Of a DNA stretch of 64,000 nucleotides, positions 1 through 8,844 are shown piece after piece. Location of the stretch: the NCBI RefSeq assembly GCF_006345805.1, contig NC_043005.1:2170001-2234000 (forward strand), read 5' to 3'. Position 1 is the first letter of the stretch. The number at the start of each line of letters is the position of its first letter. The translations under genes were made by a program, and so were the position numbers. This stretch comes from Octopus sinensis. Taxonomy: Eukaryota. The notes under the pieces were generated by a model. The model was not told the DNA's origin, made no database searches, and saw only the letters and a list, made by a program, of their open reading frames with translations.

Positions 1-68
1 AGTGGTGCTATTAAGTTAGACATGGCCTGGGCCAATACTGGCCAAAACCTTTCTAAGTTATTCTAAGT

Positions 69-70
<2 letters not shown>
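1..70 (+). mobile_element. 3' terminus of CR1-like LINE (same family as 21430-24470), running off the window start
   Basis: GTGGTGCTATTAAGTTAGACATGG...TTCTAAGTTATTCTAAGTTA matches the reverse complement of 21430-21500. Ends in a doubled CTAAGTT tail followed by (TA)n. Confidence 0.85.
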
Positions 71-101
<31 letters not shown>

Positions 102-203
102 TATATATTTCAACAATTGAGGGCAAAATTAATTAATATTAATCAATTTCACCAAGTGTTCAGTATGCAAAGGGACCATTCAAGGCGAATTCAAATTATT
201 ACA

Positions 204-391
204 TTATATAAAGGGCTTAGTAAAATAAATTACTTTGCCGCATACTGAACTCATTAGAAATAGCAGCTAAAAAACTTTTTAAGGCTATTTTCTTTAAGTA
301 TTAGAAATAGCCTTAAAAAAGTTTTTTAGCTGCTATTTCTAATGAGTTCAGTATGCGGCAAAGTAATTATTTTACTAAGCCCTTTTATATA

Positions 392-392
<1 letters not shown>
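204..392. repeat. Near-perfect palindrome (about 87-bp arms, about 14-nt loop), foldback element in (TA)n
   Basis: 204-290 TTATATAAAGGGCTTAGTAAAAT...AAGGCTATTT is the reverse complement of 305-392, with 1-2 single-base indels. Confidence 0.9.
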
Positions 393-424
<32 letters not shown>

Positions 425-755
425 AAAAGCAATTAAGATTCAAGTCGATTCTAATGAATTCACTTGAATGCGGTACTTAACTTAGATGCACCAGAAAACT
501 ATATGGTGTTAACCAATACAGTAGTGTGGAGTGATTAAAGTCTGTTTGCAACCTGAATCTGCTTTTAATGAAATTATCTCCAATACTTCATGAGTGTAGC
601 CTCACCCACTAAGATGTTTGGAGAACTCATATGTGTTTTAGCTGATGAGTACGGGACACTTTTATCTGCTGCAATATTCGCAACTTTTAATAAATCCTGT
701 CTTTGTATGAAACAATTGTACTAAAAACTAATCCATTCTTGTTGCTTCTTTTCTC

Positions 756-758
<3 letters not shown>
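425..758 (+). mobile_element. About 335-bp non-coding hammerhead-bearing element (solo PLE pLTR or retrozyme-like) between two (TA)n tracts
   Basis: Unique sequence bounded by (TA)n on both sides, no ORF, contains a full hammerhead fold near its 3' end. Confidence 0.6.
636..726 (+). ncRNA. Type I hammerhead ribozyme, intact core, predicted cleavage after GUA (720/721)
   Basis: Stem I TTTTAG(636-641)/CTAAAA(721-726). CTGATGA 642-648. Stem II GTACGGGACA(649-658)/TGTCTTTGTAT(698-708) with G-U pairs. GAAA 709-712. Stem III AC-AATT-GT. A720. Confidence 0.8.
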
Positions 759-820
<62 letters not shown>

Positions 821-821
<1 letters not shown>

Positions 822-1592
822 AACTTAGATAAAACTTAGATATGTTTTGATCAAAGATTGGTCCAGGTCATGTCTAATTTAACAGCACCACCTGATAGGA
901 TTAGCTAAATCCTTTTGAAGTCAAGTTTTGTGGTATCATGGTCCATTTGAGTAGGGAGTTCCTGTTGAGTAAATTGTATCCAAGTACAGGTGGCTTATCT
1001 GATATTCTCTGAAGAAATTTGTCCAGATTCCGTTTAAAGGTAATAGAATCCATTTCCCCTTTGATCTGTTTTGGGCAATGTTAAATAGGGTTGGGTCTGT
1101 CGGTGAAAAGAAATTGTTGCAGTGTATTTACGTGTTGTGACACTGAATTTGGTAGAGGACCTATGGCCCGTGGTTCTAGCCTTGGATGAATTCTGAAACT
1201 AATGTTGAGGTCGTTCGGGCAATGCTGGTGGTATATCCTCCACATCTGGCAAATGATGTATCGCTCCCGGCGGCACGGGAGAGAATAGAGTTTCAATGCT
1301 TCAAGGCCGTCCCAATAATCGAAGTCAGTCATGCCCTTAATTCCGTTAGTAAATGACCTCTGGGGTGAATCAGTTTTCGAAATGTTTTGTTTGAATGGGG
1401 AGAGCACAGGGAGAAGCACTATTCGAGGTGTTACCGTACAAAAGAGATGAAAAGAGGAATGATGACACCTTGTTCTCTGAACCGGAAGGTTTTTAGGATT
1501 CAGGACGTCACCCTACGAGCTATATTGACCTTATTGATGATACGGGACTTCCAGCCGTGATTGTTTTTAACAACTGCTCCTAGGTCTCTGAT
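821..1592 (-). mobile_element. 5'-truncated CR1-like LINE 3' fragment (RT C-terminus and 3' UTR)
   Basis: ORF 1081-1419 (KLYSLPCRRERYIICQMWRIY...HPRLEPRA) aligns with 21530-22336. Same CTAAGTTT doubled tail, adjacent to (TG)n/(TA)n. Confidence 0.9.
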
Positions 1593-1604
1593 ATTATTAT
1601 TATT

Positions 1605-1665
<61 letters not shown>

Positions 1666-1699
1666 TATTATTATTATTATTATTATTGTTGTTGTTGTT

Positions 1700-2027
1700 G
1701 ACCCCCTTCGGTCACGACACTGACCATGGGATTGCACCTAGAAAGTTACCCTCCTAGTCACAAGTCTGGGCAAGGTTGTTTATAGAAGACCAGCAGTCGC
1801 CCATGCATACCGGTCTCCCCTCTCCACGCAACCAGTGTTATCCAAGGGAAAGGCAACGGCCGATACAGCTTGGCACCTGTGACGTCGCAACTCATTTCTA
1901 CAGCTGAGTGAACTGGAGCAACGTGAAATAAAGTGTCTTGCTCAAGAACACAACACGCAGCCCGGTCTGGGATTCGAGCTCACAACCTCACGATCGTAAG
2001 CTCGACGCTCTAACCATTGAGCCATGC

Positions 2028-2028
<1 letters not shown>
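1700..2028 (-). mobile_element. tRNA-derived SINE
   Basis: Minus strand begins CGCATGGCTCAATGGTTAGAGC (A box) and CTCGAATCC (B box). Body TTGAGCAAGACACTTTATTTCACGTTGCTCCAG. (AAC)n/(AAT)n tail. Confidence 0.85.
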
Positions 2029-2069
<41 letters not shown>

Positions 2070-2071
2070 TA

Positions 2072-2478
2072 GGCATAGGACTGGCTGTGTGGTAAGTAGC
2101 TTGCTTACCAACCACATAGTTCCGGGTTCATTCCCACTGCGTGGCACCTTGGGCAAGTGTCTTCTATAATAGACTCGGACCGATCAAAGCCTTGTGAGTG
2201 GATTTGATAGACGGAAACTGAAAGAAGCCTGTCGTATATATGTGTATATATATATATATGTTTGTGTGTGTATATGTTTCTGTGTCTGTGTTTGTCCCCC
2301 CAACATCGCTTGACAACCGATGGCGGTGTGTTTATATCCCCGTAACTTAGCGGTTCGGCAAAAGAGTCCGATAGAATAAGTACTGGACTTCCGAAGAATA
2401 AATCCTGGGGTCGATTTGCTCGACTAAAGCGGTGCTCCAGCATGACCGCAGTCAAATTACTGAAACAAATGGAGAAAA
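2072..2478 (+). mobile_element. tRNA-derived SINE, abundant family A (Octopus OR-like)
   Basis: GGCTGTGTGGTAAG (A box), GGTTCATTCCC (B box), internal (TA/TG)n. Near-identical copies at 13910, 37455, 45400 and 46110. Confidence 0.9.
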
Positions 2479-3217
2479 AGGGAAAGATATATAAATACAT
2501 GTGTGTGTGTGTGTGTGGTGTGTGTGTGTGTGTGTGCATAGATAGATTGATTGATTGATAGATAGACAGATAGATATAGATATATAAATATATACATACA
2601 TATAAATATACACACACATATATATATATATATCTATATGCATGTATATATGTACGTATGTATATATATTGCTCATATATGTGTTCGTGTATATATGTTT
2701 GTATATACACATATATGTGTGCGTTTGTATACACCTATATAAGTGCATATTCATCTATACACACCTAACTCTTGACAGATCTCCTCACAAGTAATACACG
2801 TAAATAACAGGATTTCGCACCCAATAAATAACACCGAAGTTCCCCTTCCTCCCCACTCCCATACCTGTTATCTTAATTGATTTAATTAAACCATGGAATG
2901 CATTTTTACAGAAACCCACCCCTCCTTCACTCCCCCCCGTTCCTCTTTTTCTATTTTGGTTTCTGATGCTCATCCTAACCATCGCAATCCTTATTACCAG
3001 CAACAACAGCAGCAGAAGCGACGGCAGCAATGGCTTAGAGTCATCGACATGACTGGCATTATAAGCGTTCTCTTTCTTTCGTTTATCACCATCGCCATCA
3101 TCATCATCATTACCATCATCGACAAGAACTCAAAAAATAAGAGGTGTTACCTTAGTTCACTGGTAGTGAACAGCTGACACTGTAGTACATCTCCAGCGTT
3201 AGAAGATGTGCAAAGGC

Positions 3218-3290
<73 letters not shown>

Positions 3291-3317
3291 GTAATGATGA
3301 TGATGATGATGATGATA

Positions 3318-3470
3318 ATTTTGACACAAGGCCAGCAATTTGGTAGAAGGAACTACGTCGATGACATCGACCCCAGTGCTGAACTGGAACTTATTCCATG
3401 GACCCTGAAAGGAGAAATGGGAAGGTCGAATTTGGTGGAATTTGAACTCAGAACGTGAAGATGAATGAAA
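3318..3470 (-). mobile_element. SINE family B fragment
   Basis: CACAAGGCCAGCAATTT...CGACCCCAGTGCT.AACTGG.ACTT...GAACTCAGAACGT shared with many copies in the window. Confidence 0.75.
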
Positions 3471-3569
3471 GCAAAACTGATTTTGAATAATGAAAAGAAT
3501 GTTTAACTGGGAGATTGTCGATCGCCCTTCCTCTGTCTGGCTCTGACACCTTCATCCAAACTACTCCAT

Positions 3570-3918
3570 ATAAGACATGATATGGCGAAGAAAGTCTAAG
3601 AGAAAACTATGTCATCTTTTTTCCAGGAATAATTGAATGTCCTTCACAAAAATGACCAGCAACCATTTAACCTAGTTTCATTTGTAAAAGAGTTTTCTGG
3701 TAATATTTGAATGGAATTTGGCCTTGAAAATGTGCAAAATTTACTTCATCACTTCATCAGAAGAAACTCTTAGAAACATCCAACGTCGAACTTAAAGAAC
3801 AAACTGCTATAAAGGTGTTAAAACCAAATGAAGGTTATAAGTACTTGGGCCTATATGAAGGCGATTGCATCAAACATTCAACAATGAAGGAAAATATTAG
3901 AAATGTATGTTATCAGAC
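3570..3918 (+). mobile_element. Degenerate R4/Dong-like RT fragment
   Basis: Conceptual translation MEFGLE(K)CAK...YKYLGLYEGDCIKHSTMKENIR, homologous to 4460-4510 and 5985-6180. Confidence 0.75.
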
Positions 3919-4245
3919 CTCGGCGAAATTTGATCTCAGAAGGTAAAGTCGGACGAAATGCCGCTAAGCATTTCGTCCGACGCGTAAACAATTCTGCCAG
4001 CTCGCCGCATAGTAATAATAATAATAATAATAATCTTTTCTAATGTAGGCACAAAGCCAGAAATTTTGGTGGTATAGAGTTAGTTGACTACATCGAACCC
4101 AATGCTCAACCGGTGCTATCGACGCCAAAAGATGAAAGGCAGAGTCGACGTCTTCGGAATTTAAACTTAGAACGTAAAGTTGGACGAACTGGCGCTAAGT
4201 ATTTTGCCCGGCGTGCTAACGATTCTGCCACCGCACCGTATTCTC
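3919..4245 (-). mobile_element. Two tandem SINE family B copies separated by (TAA)n
   Basis: GTCGGACGAAATGCCGCTAAGCATTTCGTCCG...CTGCCAGCTCGCCGC at 3945-4010, and a second copy at 4040-4245. Confidence 0.8.
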
Positions 4246-4248
4246 CAG

Positions 4249-4299
<51 letters not shown>

Positions 4300-4361
4300 C
4301 TACTACTACTACTACTACTACAACTACTACTACTACTACTACTAATAATAATAATAATAAT

Positions 4362-5950
4362 ATGCTTTCTAATTGATGTATCAATACCAGCAGATGACAA
4401 CGTGTCTCTAAAAGAAATGGAGAAACTTTCAAAATACAAAGACCTAGAAATAGAGATAATTATTCAGCATGCAAGCATGAAAGAGAAGATCAGAAAGGAA
4501 TGTTATAGGAGAGTTCGTGCAGTCCTGAAATCTGAACTAAATGCACGTAACAAGGTGTTAGCTATAAATTCCTTAGCAGTTCCAGTTGTTACTTATAGCT
4601 ACAATGTGTTGAACTGCAATATGAGTGAAGTAAAGAAAATAGATAGGAAAATACGCAAGCTGCTGAGTTGTAATAAGATGCACCACCCAAAGGCAGACGT
4701 AGATCGCCTTTACCTCCCCAGAGCCCAAGGAGGTCGAGGCCTGATCCAATTTGAACTAGCTTACAAAACAACCACAATTGGACTGGCCAAATATCTTGAA
4801 ATAACGAATGACTGGATGCTAAAGCTCGTGGAAAATCACGAGAGACGAAAGAAGCTTCATTCTATCATCAAGGAAAGCAAAATATTTGCTATTGATCTCG
4901 TGCAGGATACCAAAACTGAACAACCCGAGGGAAGTACGGCAACTATTGTTGCAAAGAAGGGGAAATTAATGGCAAGAAAAAAAGCGCACGAGCAATTGGC
5001 CGATAGGTGGGAGGAGAAACCTCTGCACGGCAAATATGTGGCCCGTAGCAAACAAGCTGATGTTGACCAGAAGCAAACCCATCAGTGGCTACGGAGCTCA
5101 GGGCTAAAAGCAGAGAGCGAAGGTTTCATCCTGGCTGCTCAAGATCAAGGCCTATTAACCCGGAACTACCAGGCCAATGTGATGAAAAATGGAGCAGACC
5201 CAAAATGCCGATTCTGTAACGACATGATTGAAACAGTGGACCACCTACTCTCTGGATGTAAAGTCTTAGCACCAGTGGAGTATAAATTAAGACATGACAG
5301 AGTTGGCCAATATCTACACTGGCTAATAAGTCGGCATTACAAATATCAAAACTGCCGACAAGTGGTATAATCACCACCCCGAAGCTGTAACTGAAGGAGA
5401 AAATGTAACGATTCTGTGGGACTTTCCAGTAGATACAGACCGAACCATCAAAGCCAATAAACCGGATATTGTTGTGAAAGACCAAAACAATACAGTTTGC
5501 TTATTGATCGACATGAGCATTCCCTGTGATCATAATATCTCGGCGAAAGAATTTGACAAGCTCAGACAATATAAAGACCTGCTCATTGAAATTGAGAAAA
5601 TGTGGCATCTCAAGGCGGTTACAATACCTATGATCGTAGGAGCACTAGGAGTGATCAAGAAGGGAACCGAAAATTATATGAGAATGATCCCTGGCTTACC
5701 ATCCCTGCAAGAAGTGCAAAAGATTGTCTTAACTGGTACATCACACGTATTGAGAAGAGCATTGTCGATGTGAGAACTATTACTACCCATGTATTTTAAT
5801 TTAACTTTATTTCTATAAAAAAAAAGAACGAACTAGTGAGTTTAGTTTAATGGCCTACCAATGTATACTATGAGTTTCTTTGCCCTAGGAGTCGTGAAGA
5901 CACTCGGCAAGAAATGGAAGCAAATTTGAAAGAAGAAGAAAAAAAAAATA
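4362..5950 (+). mobile_element. 5'-truncated R4/Dong-clade non-LTR retrotransposon (RT thumb, CCHC zinc knuckle, restriction-like endonuclease), flanked by (TAA)n
   Basis: HHPKADVDRLYLPRAQGGRGL; CRFC...ETVDHLLSGC (CCHC); RHDRV; after a frameshift KPDIVV...LIDMSIP...KYKDL...PMIVGALG (RLE PD-(D/E)xK). 3' UTR ends in an A-rich run then (TAA)n. Confidence 0.92.
4459..5773 (+). pseudogene. R4/Dong ORF C-terminal half, one frameshift near 5350-5370
   Basis: ORF track 4180-5370 and 5474-5773 join into one RLE-type retrotransposon protein. Confidence 0.85.
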
Positions 5951-5959
5951 ATAATAATG

Positions 5960-6607
5960 AGCTATAAATGTTAAAGAGCTGGAAACATGAAATTTGGCTT
6001 AGAAAAATGTGCCAAAGCAACCTTGAAAAGAGGAAAACTAGTTAAGAGTACCAACATTACACTAGATAAAGCAAAAGAAATAAGAGAATTAGACCAAAGC
6101 CAGACATACTAATATTTAGGAATCCATGAACTAGATACGATACAACACTCACAAATGAAAGGAAATAAAGAATACTATAGACGAGTTAGATCAATACTGA
6201 AAACAGAGCTCAATGCTAAAATGAAGATAATAGGTATTAACACTTTAGCCGTCCTAGTTATAAGTTACAGCTACAATATCCTTAACTGGACACTAATGAA
6301 CTAATCAAAATAGACAGGAAAACAAGAATAATGACAGGATTTAGAATGCACCACATAAAATCTGACATAGAAATATTAAATATACAACATACAGAAGGTG
6401 GTAGAGGCCTTATTCAGCTGGAAATCTATTACTAAATAACCACCATAGGACTAAAAACGATACTTCAGAAGCAAGGAAAACTAATACAAATAGCCGCAAA
6501 ACACGAACAAAACAAAAAACTGTTTGCAGTCTTAACGAAGCTGACAATTACAAAAAAGAAATCATGGTAACTAACAACTATGAAGAAAAAGAAGAAACAA
6601 AAAAAGG
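5960..6607 (+). mobile_element. Degenerate R4/Dong-like fragment (related family)
   Basis: MKFGLEKCAK...YRRVRSILKTELNAK...GGRGLIQLE, with stops and frameshifts. Confidence 0.85.
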
Positions 6608-6609
6608 GG

Positions 6610-6855
6610 GCTTTATTAAGGTCCGTTGCCGTTCTAGTTTTTGTTTGGATTTCAGTTGTTTTATAGCTTTTGTTGTTTCTTCTTCTTCTTCTTCTTCTTC
6701 ATATTTGTTAGGGAGTATGAGTTCTTGTTTGTATTTGTCAGCTTCCTTAAATACTGAAAACAGTTTTTTGTTTTGCTCGTGTTTTGTCACTATTTGTATC
6801 AGTTTTCCTTGCTTCTGAAGTAGGTACTTTTGCAGTTTTATGGTGGTTATTTTAT
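6610..6855 (-). mobile_element. R4/Dong-like fragment, inverted relative to 6430-6607
   Basis: Reverse complement reads LQKQGKLIQIVTKHEQNKKLFSVFKEADKYKQEL, matching 6460-6600 on the plus strand. Confidence 0.85.
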
Positions 6856-6857
6856 TA

Positions 6858-6910
<53 letters not shown>

Positions 6911-6938
6911 GATACATCACTTATTATTATCATTATTA

Positions 6939-7030
6939 CTAGCCGGACCCGTGAAAGATTCACGGAAAATAAAAAATGTAAGCATCTGTAAACAGTGTAC
7001 TAGTTCCATGAGAAATGTTTGCATATTATG
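6939..7030 (-). mobile_element. Helitron 3' end remnant
   Basis: Minus strand ends CCGTGAATCTTTCACGG (hairpin) GTCCGG CTAG|T, the canonical Helitron 3' signature. Confidence 0.6.
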
Positions 7031-7039
7031 ACCGTATGT

Positions 7040-7432
7040 GTTTACGTTCTGAGTTCAAATTCTGTCGATGTCGACTTTATCCTTAGTCCTTTCGGGGTCG
7101 ATAAATTAAGTACCAGTTGTGTACTGCGGTCGATCTAGTCAACTGGCCCCCTCTCCACAAAAATTTCAGGCCTAGAAAAGTATATTGTGACAGTTACAGA
7201 ATATAGAAAGTAATGTAACACCAATGACTATATTATCGTTGCGAACATGTTTCAACTAACCTAAACTATATATATACACACACAAATACATTCATATATA
7301 TTAGTCTCGAGTTGTAACTGTACTTCAAGGGGGCCAGTCTTGTCATATTCTGTGTGATGCTGAATCTCCCTGAGAACTACGTTAATGTTATACATGTCTG
7401 TGGAGTACTCAGCCATTTGTGAGTTAATTTTA
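7040..7432 (+). mobile_element. SINE family B 3' part (7040-7180) and family C fragment (7320-7432)
   Basis: TTACGTTCTGAGTTCAAATT...GGGGTCGATAAATTAAGTACCAG; GAATCTCCCTGAGAACTACGTTAA matches 39180-39250. Confidence 0.75.
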
Positions 7433-7839
7433 TCCTCGTGTGGTAATGAAAAGTGAAATTGACATCCAATATTTGCTGTGTGTATGTATCTATGTGTGAA
7501 CTTTTCTTTGGATTTATATATCTATTGTCTCTCTCTCACTCTCTATCTTTCTCTTTCACTTCCTTTGTGTCCCTTTTCTCTCCAGCTTTTGATTTAACCA
7601 TGTGTATTAAAAACACAAAACAAACGCCGTCACCACTCACAGTCTCTTTCACTCTTTCTCTCTGTCTCTCTCACTTTCTCTCTCACTCTCTCTCTCTCTC
7701 GCACTTCCTCTCTGTCCTCCCCTCTCTCGCTTTTCCACTTCTTTGAAGTAAGTGTGACGCACACAACAGGTACGTACAAAAACAAAAAACTTAGCGTATT
7801 ATTATCATTATCATCATCATTATTATAATTATAATTATA

Positions 7840-7880
<41 letters not shown>

Positions 7881-8055
7881 AACACATTTTCATTCAATAG
7901 TCTACAAAACTATTACATTATAATATCAACCTCAGAGAAAATATTTAATTACACATTACTTCTGTTAAATAAATCTGTGAGTGGTTTTAATCATTTCATT
8001 CTAATTGTTTGTTTGTAAAATTTGTATGTGTGTGTGTGACCGTGTGTGTGTGACC

Positions 8056-8090
<35 letters not shown>

Positions 8091-8253
8091 CGCGCGTGTG
8101 TATGTGTGTGTAAGTATATCCTCTACATGTAGGTGTGAAAATTTACACTCACGCACCACACACACACACTCACACACTTACACACTCACACACACACACA
8201 CACACACACGCACACACACACACGCACACACACACACACACACACGCACACAC

Positions 8254-8471
8254 ACAAAGCCAGCGTTATTGAGTAACGATATCTATTTTATTGGTTTTTC
8301 CATATTTCTAGATACATCAACAGATATTCCAACTTGGCATTTTTTTCATCCCAACAATATATATACACACACACATACATTACATACATACATACATACA
8401 TTACAAACATACATACATACATACATAAATATATACCAGAATGTGTGTGTATCTATATATATATATTATAT

Positions 8472-8505
<34 letters not shown>

Positions 8506-8776
8506 ATATATATATATATGTGTGTGTGTGTGTGTTGTGTGTGTGTGTGTGTGTATCTATGTATCTGTCTTTCTATTTATATGTCTATATCTATCTGTCT
8601 CTCTATTGGTCCTTCTGTCCGTCTGTCCGACTGTCTGTTTGTAATAATGTATGTATGTGTGTGTGTATATATATTGTTGGGATAAAAAAATGCCGAGTTG
8701 GAATATCTGATGATGTATCTAGAAATACGGAAAAACCAATAAAATAGATATCGTTACTCAATAACGCTGGCTTTGT
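8254..8776. mobile_element. Foldback/MITE-like element with about 150-bp inverted arms, inserted in (CA)n
   Basis: 8254-8410 (ACAAAGCCAGCGTTATTGAGTAACGATATC...) is the reverse complement of 8636-8776. Both strands give the same pseudo-peptide TKPALLSNDIYFIGFS. A partial arm recurs at 12820-12890. Confidence 0.8.

Positions 8777-8844
<68 letters not shown>

Noticed and set aside
1980-2140. tRNA-like sequences at SINE heads (also 35480-35530, 38994-39060, 48900-48960)
   Set aside because: A and B boxes are present but no complete cloverleaf or acceptor stem, and each continues into a repeated SINE body.
2893-3177. 94-aa ORF with poly-Q and a hydrophobic tail
   Set aside because: No recognisable domain, partly triplet repeat, no splice or homology support.
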